Below, piece after piece: positions 10,008 through 20,031 of a DNA stretch of 64,000 bases (position 1 is the first letter of the stretch; every line of letters starts with the position of its first letter). The DNA is from Isosphaeraceae bacterium (GTDB taxonomy: Bacteria > Planctomycetota > Planctomycetia > Isosphaerales > Isosphaeraceae). A program made the position numbers and the translations under genes. The DNA is taken from NCBI GenBank assembly GCA_965201075.1, contig CBDAVP010000016.1, positions 310,001 through 374,000 of the forward strand, given 5' to 3'. The notes beneath the pieces are model-generated. The model had not been told where the DNA came from and did no database searches. It worked only from the letters and a program-made list of their open reading frames with translations.

Positions 10008-10673
10008 ATGACACAACGACTCATGCCGGCAGCCCTTGCCGTGGGCTCGATCGGACTGGGGATCACCTACGGCGTCGCGCGATTCCTGGGGGAGTTCGAT
10101 CCGCCGATCCCGGATGCGGTCCCGATCATCATCGAAGGCCGGAAGCACACCGCGACAGCCGAGATGCAGGCCGCCGCGGCCGCGCGGGAGAAGCAGGCCG
10201 CGCCGGCATTCCGTGCCGAGGCCGACGACGGCCAGACCTATTCCCTATCGGACCTCGCTCGGGCGGGATCTCTAGCCCTGATCTTCATAAAGGACGGCTG
10301 TCCGTGCAGCGTGGCGGCCGGGCCTTTCTACGGCCGACTCGCCGAGAGCTATGGGTCGCGCGTGCGATTCTTCGGGGTCATCGACGGCAACGCCGAGGTG
10401 GCCCGAAAATGGGCGAGGGCGAATCATGTCCCGTTTCCGATCCTCGCCGACCCCGACCTGCGGATCGTCCGCGAATACAAGGCGGAGAATTCGGCCTACT
10501 TCGCGATCATCGCCCCGGATGGATCGATCGAGAAGTATTGGCCGGGCTACTCGGCCGACATGCTCAGAGAGGCAAACGAGCTTCTGGCCCGGTTCGCGGG
10601 CGTCGAAGCGAAACTCTTAGATGTAGCGGGCGCGCCGGAAGACCTGTATACGGGCTGTCCGTACGAACTGTGA
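10008..10673 (+). CDS. Redoxin/AhpC-TSA-like thioredoxin-fold membrane-anchored protein
   Basis: N-terminal TM; APAF...DGQTYSL; FIKDGCPCS; FPILADPD; C-terminal GC. Confidence 0.75.
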   Translation: MTQRLMPAALAVGSIGLGITYGVARFLGEFDPPIPDAVPIIIEGRKHTATAEMQAAAAAREKQAAPAFRAEADDGQTYSLSDLARAGSLALIFIKDGCPCSVAAGPFYGRLAESYGSRVRFFGVIDGNAEVARKWARANHVPFPILADPDLRIVREYKAENSAYFAIIAPDGSIEKYWPGYSADMLREANELLARFAGVEAKLLDVAGAPEDLYTGCPYEL

Positions 10674-10723
10674 TCCTTTGCCGGCCGCGAGTCAGCGTTC
10701 CACTTTTTCACAAGGACTTTGCG

Positions 10724-11710
10724 ATGAAATCGACAGCTGTCCTCCTGTTCGCCTTGGGCGTATTCGCATCGTCCACGCCGGCCGAGGCCGACGATGCGCC
10801 AGCGAAAACTCCCCCGCTCGCACTCAAAGGCCTCGATCCCGTCTCGCTCGTCGAGGGCAAGGAAACGGTCGGCGCCGAGGGAGTTGAGTCCGCTCGAGGC
10901 CGGTTCCGCTACCGCTTCAGCAATGCGGAGCACAAGGCCCGCTTCGAAGCCGATCCCGACCGTTACTGCGTCCAGGGAGAGATGTGCACGGTGATGCCGA
11001 AAGTCCCGGCGTCCCCCGAACTGTTCCTTGTCCACGATGGCAAGATCTTCCTTTTCGGCTCGACGGGCTGCCGGACGCGCTTTCAAGCCGACCCGGCGGC
11101 CTTCCTCAAGCCGAAGCCGATGAAGAAAGTGGCGATCCTCGTCTTCGACGGGATGGAACTGCTCGACTTCGCCGGTCCCGGCGAGGTGTTCGCGACCGCC
11201 GGCCAGGGTCGGGCGTTCGAGGTTTTCACCGTCGCCGCGACCTCGGCGCCCATCAAGAGTCAGGGTTTCGTCTCCATCGAGCCTCGCTATACTTTCGCTG
11301 ACTGCCCGAAGCCGGACATCCTCGTAGTGCCAGGCGGAGCGACGAGGATCCCGCAAGCCGACCCTGCTTCGATCGATTGGATTCGCAAGGCTTCCGCCGA
11401 GGCGGAGATCACGCTCTCCGTATGCACTGGAGCATTGATCCTCGCCAAGGCAGGTCTGCTCGACGGGCTCGAAGCGACGACGCATCACCAATCGCTGGAC
11501 GCGTTGAAAGCAGCCGCCCCGAAAGCGACGGTCCGCGAGGACCAGCGGTTCGTGGACAACGGAAAAGTCGTGACCTCAGCGGGAGTCTCCTCGGGTATCG
11601 ACGCCTCGTTACATGTGGTGGGCCGGCTGCTCGGGCCGAAAGGCGCGAGCGAGGCCGCCGCAACGATGGAGTATCCCTGGAATTCCGCAGAAAAGATGGA
11701 GCCGCGATAG
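10724..11710 (+). CDS. Secreted YHS-YHS-DJ-1/PfpI fusion protein
   Basis: Signal peptide; GLDPVS..YRFSNAEHKARFEADPDRY and CTVM..HDGKIFLFGSTGCRTRFQADP (YHS-like); VAILVFDGMELLDFAGP, SVCTGA, TSAGVSSGID. Confidence 0.85.
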   Translation: MKSTAVLLFALGVFASSTPAEADDAPAKTPPLALKGLDPVSLVEGKETVGAEGVESARGRFRYRFSNAEHKARFEADPDRYCVQGEMCTVMPKVPASPELFLVHDGKIFLFGSTGCRTRFQADPAAFLKPKPMKKVAILVFDGMELLDFAGPGEVFATAGQGRAFEVFTVAATSAPIKSQGFVSIEPRYTFADCPKPDILVVPGGATRIPQADPASIDWIRKASAEAEITLSVCTGALILAKAGLLDGLEATTHHQSLDALKAAAPKATVREDQRFVDNGKVVTSAGVSSGIDASLHVVGRLLGPKGASEAAATMEYPWNSAEKMEPR

Positions 11711-12034
11711 ATCACTCCCATTACGGTCGACAGTCACTGTGGAGCGAACAACTCGGAGGGGCGGCACGGCGGAAAATCTTCCTCCTCAGGCCGGACCGAG
11801 CCGTGGAGACCGGAACTCACGACCCGGGCGGGTCAGTTCATGCGGGATGGCTTTTAACGGCCCATCCATCGAGCGTCATGCTGGAGGGTTTGATTGGCAT
11901 TACGAATAGGATTGTTTATTCGGGAGAGGACGATGAGCGGCTCGCCGACGGGCTCAGCCTCCGACGCTGGACCTCTCAAGGTGGTCACGAAGGTGGTCGC
12001 CACGCCCACGGGTTCCACCAGGTGACCTTACTTC

Positions 12035-13146
12035 TATTGACCCTCAGCCTGCCAACTTCTTGTCTCGAAGCTCCCATCCTGCTTACCTTCGGGGGATGAG
12101 ACCCACCGGAACATCGACTGAACTCGAAGCCAGGCGACGCCTTGCCGTGCAGCGGGTCGCCCAGGGCTGGACCCAAAAGGATGTCGCCGCCTTCCTCGGC
12201 GTTTCCGTCCGGGCCGTCTGCGGATGGGTCGCCGCCCACCGCAATGCGGGTGACCAGGGCCTCAGGGCCAACCCCCATCCCGGCTCGACCCCCAAGCTCA
12301 GCCCCCGCCGGGAGAAGGCCGTCCTGTCCTGGCTGGCCAAGAGCCCCCTGGCCTTCGGCTACAAGACCGACCTGTGGACCACCCGACGCCTGGCGAGGTG
12401 ATCGACAAGAAGTTCGGCGTCCGCTTCAACGCCAACTACCTGTCGCAGTGGCTTTCCCGACGCAACTATTCCCCCCAGAAGCCCGAGGTCCGGGCGGGAG
12501 AGCGGGACGAGCCGGCGATCCGTCGCTGGGTCGAGGAGGATTGGCCCCGGATCCAAAAAAAACCTCGGAAGATGGGGGGCATGTCGTCCTGATCGACGAG
12601 AGCGGCTTCTTCCTCAACCCGGTGGTCCGCCGCACCTGGGCCCCCAGGGGCCGCACGCCGGTATTGACGGGCTTCGGTCGGCACCGGGACAAGGTCTCGA
12701 CGATCGCCGCCATCAGCGTCACGCCGGGCCGGCGTCGGGTCGGGCTGTACTGGAAGACCGACGCCCGCAACTACATCGACGCCCCGGCGGTGGTGTCGTT
12801 CCTGCGGGACTTGCTGCGACACCTGCGAGGCAAGGTGATCGTGATCTGGGACGGGGGCAGCAACCACAAGGGCCCGGCGATCCGGGCGTTGCTGGGGCGA
12901 TACCCCCGGCTGACGCTGGAGCGGCTGCCCGGCTACGCGCCGGACCTCAACCCGGTGGAGATGCTGTGGTTGCACCTGAAGCACGGGCGGATGGCCAACT
13001 TCGTGCCCAAGGACGTGAAGGATCTGGAGCGGGTGGTGCTTGCGAACCTGGCCTCGGTCCGATCCGATCCGAAGTTGATCCGATCGCTGTGGGCGGGGTC
13101 GAAACTACCCTTCCTCGACCGGAAGTTAGCCATCTGAAGGTCAATA
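12035..13146 (+). mobile_element. IS630-family insertion sequence (copy 2, split-ORF type)
   Basis: Inverted ends TATTGACCcTCAG / CTGAaGGTCAATA; TA duplication in C-TA-G context. Confidence 0.9.
12096..13137 (+). pseudogene. IS630 transposase: HTH ORF + DDE ORF joined at an A8 slip site; extra 1-nt deletion near 12395
   Basis: ARRRLAV..GWTQKDVA, WTTRRLA|EVIDKKFGV (frame break), WPRIQKK at A8 12555-12562, LIDESGF, IWDGGSNHK, YAPDLNPVEMLW. Confidence 0.85.
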
Positions 13147-13147
13147 G

Positions 13148-14440
13148 GGCCCGGGCGGGACGAAGTTCAACTCCGGGGGCGGCGGGATTTATACGGGACC
13201 GTACGGTGCCGTGGCCATCGGCGGCGGTCGCGGCGGGAGCGTCACCGGGCCTGGTGGCGATTCGATCTACGGCGGATGCGGCGGCGGGGTGGTGATCGGC
13301 CCGAATGGCAATGTCCACGCGGGCGGTGCCAGGGGTGCATCGGTCGTCTCGCCGGGCGGGTCGGCGGCCATCGGGAGCCGAGGGTCATTGACGACGGGGC
13401 CGGGCGGATTCTCAGCGAGCGGGGTGCGGGGCGCCGTCGCCTCCGGCCCAGGGGGCGTGGTGGCCGGTGGAAGTCGCGGCGGCATCGCGGCGGGACCGAA
13501 TGGAGTCGTCGCCAGGAGCAGCCGTGCGGGGGTAGCTGCCGGTCCGGGGGAAATGGTGGCGGCAGGGAGCCGGGCCGGCATCGCCGCCGGGCCGGGCGGT
13601 GTCGCGGCGACCGGAGGGCGAGCAGGAGTCGCCGCCGGGCCCGGGGGAGTCGTGTCCGGATCGAGCCGAACGACCGCGGCCATCGGCCCCTATGGGGCGG
13701 TCGGCGCAAGCACCCGCGCGGCCTGGGGACTCGGCCCCGCCGGTGGCTTCGGAGGCACCCGATACGTCCCCGCAGCGTCGCTTGGCGCCCAAGGGGCCGT
13801 CGTGCGCGGCGGCTTCGGATATTACAACGCCTTCAGCCCCGGCTGGTACACCCGCTATCCAGGGGCATGGTTCGCGGCCGGCTGGGCCGCCGGCACGGCA
13901 TGGAACGCCGTGACCTGGGGCGGCTGCTCCACCTATTTGGGGATCGCCGCGAGCACGCAGCCGGTTTACTACGATTACGGAAACACCGTCACGTACCAGG
14001 GCGGCCAGGTCTATTACGAGGACCAGCCCGTCGCGACGGCGGCCGATTGCTCGCAGCAGGCATCGCAGATCGACGCCGCGGTCAGAAAGGCCGCAACGGT
14101 CGCCGACGACTCCTGGCAACCGCTAGGCGTCTTCGCAATGGCCCAAGGCGACGAGACTTCGTCCAACGACATCTTCCAGCTCGCCATCAACAAGGCCGGG
14201 ACGGTGCGGGGCACCTACTACAACGCCATCTCGGACTCGACCCAGCCGGTGGCGGGCTCGCTCGACGCCAAGCCCCAGCGCCTGGCGTGGACGATCGGCG
14301 AGAAGAAGGAGCCGGTCTACCAGACCGGGCTCTACAACCTGACGCAGGAGCAGACGACGCTGCTGGCGCATTTCGGCAAGGATCGTACCGAGCAGTTCCA
14401 GCTGTTCCGCATCGAGCAGCCGAAGGATCAGCCGGAGTGA
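13148..14440 (+). pseudogene. Gly/Ala-rich repeat protein (planctomycete 'protocadherin-like'), 5' end disrupted by IS
   Basis: 16-aa GPGG repeats; FSPGWYTRYPGAW, YYDYGNTV, WQPLGVFAM..FQLAINKAG..GTYYN, YQTGLYNLT C-terminal domain; no clear start or signal peptide after the IS. Confidence 0.65.
13350..13750 (+). repeat. Degenerate 48-bp (16-aa) tandem repeats
   Basis: GPGGVVAGGSRGGIAA / GPNGVVARSSRAGVAA / GPGEMVAAGSRAGIAA / GPGGVAATGGRAGVAA / GPGGVVSGSSRTTAAI. Confidence 0.8.
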
Positions 14441-14482
14441 TGCCAATGCGAACCCTGAGTGATCACTCTTCCTGCACGCTCA

Positions 14483-15751
14483 TCAACGGCCGACCGGAAG
14501 CGTCAACAATGGCCCTCCAGGCTGCTGGCGGGCGAAGTCGAGCCGGCTGAGCGAGAGCACCAGCATGAAGGTCGCCTTGCTCTGGGCGTCACGGTCGTCA
14601 ATGTAATACCAGTAGTCGCGGTATTTGACCGCGATGAACGCGTTCGGGGGTGGCTTGTGCCCCCGGCAGGCTTGGACGGCGAACAGCCCCTCGGTGACTG
14701 CTCGACCATCGAAGGGCCGCCCGTCAGGCCCGGCCGGGAGCTTCACCAATCCCGCCGCCAGGTGGTCGCAGGGCACCTCAACCCCATTGGCCAAGTAGAA
14801 ATAGACCTGCGAGGTCGACCGAACGCTCGCCCGGACCTCATCCGAGGGGGGAATCGAGGCCCGTGATGGGTCGGGCACGATCCCCGGTGCGATGACGATC
14901 TCGTATCGCGGCAGGCCCGGTTGCAGATTCAGCAGGCCGATGATCTCCTCCAGGACCGGATGGCCCACGGCGGCGGGGTTCAGCTCCAGAACCAGCCGCC
15001 TTTCCTTCCGGACGAGACCCCAGGACCCGTCCGCACGGGTGCGGTATTCCATGCCATCTTTCGCAGCCTCGACAGCCGATGGGCCATCGATGGTAGAAGG
15101 TGGTATTGGGCCGCCGATCTCGACGAGCCGCTCGACCGATTGCACGACGCCCAGCCCCAAGTCCTGGGTGGACTGGATCAGTCCCACCGCCCTCTGGAAC
15201 CGTCCGAAGTCGGGGACCATATCCCGCTGCGGCCCGCTGGCCGTGGAGGCGTTGGGGACGCCGTTGAGCCGCTCGACCCAGAGTCGGAGCACGGTCGAGA
15301 TCGGCCAGCTCGTCTGCTGGAGGAGGACGAGCGTATCGGCAGTGATCGGCGTGAGAAACTTCTGGACCGCCTCGCCGTTGTCCGCCGGCAGCAGCGTCAA
15401 GGTCGGGCGGTTGGCGCCGCTGACGTTGACGTCCGGGAGAACCGACGTGAAGCTTCGAAACGCGGTACCCGCCGGGTTGGGGGCGGCGAAGAACGGACGG
15501 GCCTCGGCTTGTCCCGCCAACTCATACTGGGCCGCGATCGACGAGACGTTGAGGTTGAGCGGGATCTCGTTGTATCGCATGTGGACGAGGTTGCGGAGGA
15601 GTTGCTCCTCGTCGACGCGACGCACCGACTCGTTGTACCGGCCGTGGGAGCGTTCCAGCGAATAAGGGCCGAAGGCACATCCGGCAAGCCCGGAGGAGAC
15701 TGAGAGGGCAATCAGCAGCTCGGGGATGCGCCTTGATCGTGGATAGCGCAC
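14483..15751 (-). CDS. Conserved hypothetical lipoprotein
   Basis: Lipobox LAGC; RYNESV..EEQLLRNLVHMRY; VKYRDYWYYIDDRDAQSKATF; C-terminal PLLTLPVG; GTG start inferred. Confidence 0.75.
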   Translation of the reverse strand: MRYPRSRRIPELLIALSVSSGLAGCAFGPYSLERSHGRYNESVRRVDEEQLLRNLVHMRYNEIPLNLNVSSIAAQYELAGQAEARPFFAAPNPAGTAFRSFTSVLPDVNVSGANRPTLTLLPADNGEAVQKFLTPITADTLVLLQQTSWPISTVLRLWVERLNGVPNASTASGPQRDMVPDFGRFQRAVGLIQSTQDLGLGVVQSVERLVEIGGPIPPSTIDGPSAVEAAKDGMEYRTRADGSWGLVRKERRLVLELNPAAVGHPVLEEIIGLLNLQPGLPRYEIVIAPGIVPDPSRASIPPSDEVRASVRSTSQVYFYLANGVEVPCDHLAAGLVKLPAGPDGRPFDGRAVTEGLFAVQACRGHKPPPNAFIAVKYRDYWYYIDDRDAQSKATFMLVLSLSRLDFARQQPGGPLLTLPVGR

Positions 15752-15871
15752 ATCCCGGTCCCTTCTTCCAAGGATCTCCCACCTGCAAGCCGAAGGAACG
15801 CGACCCCGACGACCGCGCATTCTGGAGTTTTCACAAAAAGCGTCAAGCCGAATCGGCCGGCCCAACCCCAA

Positions 15872-17191
15872 TCAATGCCCGCCGATGACGTCCATCAGCT
15901 TGGCGTGCGCCACGCGGTAGTTGGCCTCGGAGTGAAGTTGCTCCAGCTCGGCCTTCGCCGTGGCCGCCTTCGCCGCCTGGATCACGGGAAGTTGCTTGCC
16001 CGTCCCCTCGGCATCCCTGCGGGCTATGACCATTTCGAAGGCCAGCCCCAGGGCCTCGTCGGCCTGCTCGAAGCTCCCATACGCCTGCCTCGCCTCGAGC
16101 ACCACCTTGTCGATTGTCGCCTGGATGTTCTTCTGCGCCTGGGAGACCTGGATCTCACGCTGATGCTTGATGTGCCGCCGCTTGCCCCAGTCGACGAAGG
16201 TGTATGACGCCGAGATGCCGAAGGCCCCGAAGTTGTTCTGGATGATCGGCGCCGCGGTCTGGTTGAAGTAAGAGCCGAAGACGTTGACGTCGGGCAGGAA
16301 GTCGGAGCGGGCGACTTGCAATCCCGCGTTGGCCTTCATGGATCCGGCCATCGCCTCCCTCACCTGCGGGTTGCAGGACAGGGCTCGGCTCGCGGCCTCG
16401 TCCGCCGAGTGGACGGGAGGCGCGGGCGGCATCGGCTCCTCCAGCAAGAGGATCGTGCCGGCGGGCAGTCCGATCAGGTTGTTCATCTGCTCGGCGATGT
16501 CGACGGCCTGCCCGTGGACCTGATTCAGGGCCTGCTTCGCCTCAATCGCCGCAACGTGGATCTCGGGCGAAGGATTCGCCTGCGAGAGCTGCTCGGCGTA
16601 AGCGACCTGGATTCGAAGGGCGTTCTCGATCCTCTGTGCCCCGTGGAGGCCGTAGAACGCCTGGGCGACCCCAGAGAGCAGGTCGCGGGTACCTTTGGCG
16701 AGCTGTGCCTGGGCAATCTCCTCGTCGGCCTTGGCGATCTTGACGGCCGCGTTCACCGCGATCAGCTTGGTGATGGGCTGGGCGAGCGTGATCGTGGCGA
16801 GGCTGCTGTCCTGGTTGACGGCGTTGACCGCGATCGTCCGCGAGGCGGGCGGGAGGATGCCTCGCTGGCCCGTCCGGATCGTATTGACGACACCCAGGTT
16901 CGAGTCGAAGTGGAAGTAAGTCACGTTACCGAGCAGCTTCGGCAGATAGTCGGTCTTCGCGGCGGCCGTCAGTTCCGCCTTCTCTTTGATGGCCAGGTTG
17001 GCCAGGCCGAGGCCCTTGCTCGTGACGAGGGCCCGCTGCTTGGCGTCTTCCAGGGTGAGGTGGTAAACCCCCAGAGGTTGCACCAGCGGAGGTGGGCCGG
17101 GGACGAGCGCGTCCTGTGCTCGAAGGCTGGCAGGACCAGTCGAGGTCAGAGCACAAATGGCGATTGAGACAAAGCGACGTAGCGGCGGCAT
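15872..17191 (-). CDS. TolC-family outer membrane efflux protein
   Basis: Signal peptide; LTLEDAKQRAL, YLPKL, ARSDFLPDV; two OEP repeats. Confidence 0.85.
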   Translation of the reverse strand: MPPLRRFVSIAICALTSTGPASLRAQDALVPGPPPLVQPLGVYHLTLEDAKQRALVTSKGLGLANLAIKEKAELTAAAKTDYLPKLLGNVTYFHFDSNLGVVNTIRTGQRGILPPASRTIAVNAVNQDSSLATITLAQPITKLIAVNAAVKIAKADEEIAQAQLAKGTRDLLSGVAQAFYGLHGAQRIENALRIQVAYAEQLSQANPSPEIHVAAIEAKQALNQVHGQAVDIAEQMNNLIGLPAGTILLLEEPMPPAPPVHSADEAASRALSCNPQVREAMAGSMKANAGLQVARSDFLPDVNVFGSYFNQTAAPIIQNNFGAFGISASYTFVDWGKRRHIKHQREIQVSQAQKNIQATIDKVVLEARQAYGSFEQADEALGLAFEMVIARRDAEGTGKQLPVIQAAKAATAKAELEQLHSEANYRVAHAKLMDVIGGH

Positions 17192-17419
17192 GCGTTCCCT
17201 CCTCCTGGGGGCGTGCCGTCGCAGAGTTCGACCTGCGCCCTGTCCATCTGGACGTTCCGGTCCCTCCTGGACCGCATGAGGATGTTATCGGCAGAAGCGG
17301 GGAAGGATGGGCAGGCAAAACCTTGATTGCGGATTTCTCGAATCGGGATATCGCGCTTGTCCTTTCCTCGCGGAGAGGAGGCGCTTGCGCCCCGCCGACG
17401 CTCATTTCATAAAAGGACC

Positions 17420-17662
17420 ATGCGAGATTACCCCGAGATGATCACCGCCAGCGAACTGGCCGAATAGGTCGATTCCCGCGAGGAATGGCGGAAGCGGCGG
17501 CTCGGGCTCTCGGCGCCCGATCAGACCCAGCTTGACGCCGGGAAGCGTCGCCACGAGGTCAGGGAGACAGCGCAGCGACGTGGCGGCCTTTCGGTGCCCG
17601 TCGGACGCGCGTTGATCGTCCTGGCCGTCATCACCCTACTCGCGGCGCTGCTATGGCGTTGA
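17420..17662 (+). pseudogene. Small protein resembling the Cas4/RecB-nuclease N-terminal helix, with C-terminal TM; in-frame TAG
   Basis: AAGGA RBS; MRDYPEMITASELAE*VDSREEWR...LDAGKRRH...ALIVLAVITLLAALLWR; TAG 17465-17467; not in the supplied ORF track. Confidence 0.6.
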
Positions 17663-18075
17663 TCCTCGCGCTGGCCGTTCTGTTCATCGGGATCGCCCTG
17701 ACGCTTTACGGCCGGTGGGAACGCGGGGCGTACGGCCTGATCGACGCCCCGACGCTGGGCATCGACACCGAGACCCTACGCTCACACCGCCTCGGCCTCG
17801 CGGCGCGGCCGGATAGCGTCATCCGCGAGGACGGCATGCGGATACCGGTGGAGCTGAAATCGGCCAGGCGGGTGTTCCCGAACCACCTTGCCCATCTCGG
17901 CGTCCAGCTCATCCTCATCGAGGAGGTTCACGGCAAGCGGCCGACTCACGGCTACATCGTGACTGGGGACGGCGTGCGTCACCGGATCGAGAACACGCAG
18001 GAGCTGCGGGCATGGGTGTTGAAAGTGACGGACGAGTTGCGGGCTGCGAAGCGGGCGCTGAGGGAAGAGGAATAG
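17653..18075 (+). pseudogene. Cas4-like PD-(D/E)xK nuclease with N-terminal TM, C-terminal Cys cluster absent
   Basis: LGLAARPDSV...IPVELKS...HLAHLGVQLILIEE...HGYIV; ends before the expected CxxC...C. Confidence 0.7.
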
Positions 18076-18121
18076 CTGCCGTCGCGAACTGACTCCCGTG
18101 CGGAAATCCACGCGCAGGCAA

Positions 18122-18149
18122 TTGTCGATCGCGATCGGGGCGTTACAAT
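18122..18149 (+). promoter_or_regulatory. Putative promoter with 12-bp palindrome
   Basis: TTGTCG-16bp-TACAAT overlapping CGATCGCGATCG (18126-18137). Confidence 0.35.
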
Positions 18150-18192
18150 ACTGGCAGGACGTTCAGGATCCCGCGCATCCGGAGCATCCGCC

Positions 18193-18437
18193 ATGAAGCC
18201 CCTCGTTTCCGACCAGCTGAAGGCCCAGGGCTGCCAGGCCGATGTGGCAGAATTCCGCGACACGCTCGCCGCCCTCAAGGCCGAGTTGTTCCCCGAGATC
18301 AGCACCGAGGAGCTGACCTTCACCCGGGACGAGGCCAGCGAATTCTGCCAGACTGTCAGGAAGCGGCTCGGAGCGCCGCGTCTGTCGCGGGTGTTCCTCC
18401 TGCGGGCGCGCTGACAGGCATCAGGAAAAAAGGCTAG
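18193..18437 (+). pseudogene. Small hypothetical helical protein, probable 2-bp duplication near the 3' end
   Basis: GGAG RBS; stops at 18414, but removing CG gives ...LLRALTGIRKKG* ending at the IS CTAG. Confidence 0.45.
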
Positions 18438-20031
18438 GTCGGCAAAGTCTGATTGATGAACGAGGCCTCAAGCGATTCGAGGTAGGCCACCGGGTCCTGG
18501 CGGAAGCGGCGGCCCAGCGTCCGCACCGCCTGCCGCCCCTCCAAACGGCCACGCAGCTCCCGCCAGGCCGGCAAGTCCGAAGGCACCAGGTCCGCCACCG
18601 CGATCGGCCGTAACCGCGTCGCGGCCGCCGCCGCCAGCCGCACCGAGCCGCGTACCACCGTCCCGGGGCAGGCCACCTTCCGCCCGCTGCATCGCCGCTC
18701 GTGATACCGATACGAGCCGAAGAATTGCTCCAGATCGTTGTTGGTCCGCGGCAGGTCGGCCACCTCGTAGCAGCGGAACAGGCCCGCCCAATCGCTCCGC
18801 GTCACCTTGCGGAATCGATCGAGCGCACCGGCCAGCGAGCCCAACTTCCCCCGATGCCGGGCCAGCGAGGCGATCAGGCCCCGGTAGCGGCGACGCACCC
18901 CCGCCGCGGCCAGGGCCGGCTTGTTGGCCAGGACTGCGGCCAGCCGCCGGACCCAGCCGAAGGCCGCCCGGATCTCGGGCCACGACGCCTCGGTCGCGTC
19001 CAGGCCCTTGGCCAGGATCGCCCGCAGCCGCGTCAGCTCCTTCGGGAGCCCCTTTTCCCGCCGACGCGGTCCAGGCTCTCGGCGACCTCGCCCAGCCGGT
19101 CCCGCAGCTTCAACCCCGAGGCCTCCAGCGGCGGCCGGCCGTCGTCGGTCAACGCCGATCGCACCGCGGCGCAGTAGCCCCGGACCGCTCGGGCCTCGGG
19201 ATCATCACGGCCCTCGACCTGCCTCTCGATCGGGCGAATGCCCCGGACCTCCTTCTTGAGCCGGACCTTGGCATGGCGGTCGGCCTCGTAGATCGGCATG
19301 GCCGCCTCGCGGAGGTAGTGGAACTGGCAGAGCTGGTGCGGCACGCCCTCCAGGGCCAGGGCGACCGCCTTGCGGATCGAGGTCTGGCCGTCGGAGACCA
19401 CCCCGACGATCGGCACCGCCAAGGCCTCCTTCACCTCACGCAGGAGCTTGGCCAGGTCATCCCGGCACGACCAGAGGAGGCTCCGGGCCAGGAGCACCTC
19501 GCCCGAGAGGACGTCGCGGAGGACCCAGAGGACCTCGTGGCCGACGTCCGGCTGGAGGCCGTCGAGGGCCAGGATCACCCGCCCGGCCTTGGCGGTGATC
19601 GCCCTCAGGCGGCCCGCATCCGAGCACGAGAGGGCCAGCAGCTCGTCGTAGCGGTCCAGCAGGTTGCCGACGCTGCGCACGCGGATGGCGACGCCGCGTC
19701 GGGCCAGCTCGGCGTGGATCTCCGGGACGCTGCGATGCTCGGCGTGGCGGAGCCGGCCGACCGCGGCGATGACGTCGAGGCCGAACTCGTGCTGCGGCAG
19801 GGCGTAGCGGCCCTCCTGCTCGGGGCGGAGGCAGGCCCCACGGCGTTGGCAGTCGGGATTGCGACAGGTGCGGATCTGGAGGCGCAAGCCGAGGATGCCC
19901 TCCAGGGTGGTGACAGATCGTCGGGCCATGGCGGCGGCCCAGAGCGCCCCGCCACAAGCGGGACAGGCCTTGGTGCTGGTGGTCAGCTCGATGGTCCGGA
20001 CGGGGAGCGGTCGGGCGGTCCGTTGTGGCAT
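18434..20031 (-). CDS. Transposase, probable programmed -1 frameshift at GGGAAAAG (about 19052-19059)
   Basis: CPACG..CRNPDC zinc ribbon, LALDGLQPDVGHE, VSDGQ, HQLCQFHYL; the -1 frame continues EKGLPKEL...LPRTNNDLEQFFG to a stop inside the IR. Confidence 0.8.

Noticed and set aside
2040..17662. Stop-codon reassignment or readthrough explaining in-frame stops in island genes
   Set aside because: All three stop types occur (TGA 2067, TAG 3812, TAA 5561, TAG 17465) alongside frameshifts, and intact genes use all three as normal stops. Decay explains this better.
17400..18430. CRISPR-Cas locus around the Cas4-like gene
   Set aside because: No repeat-spacer array and no cas1/cas2 or effector genes were seen in the window.
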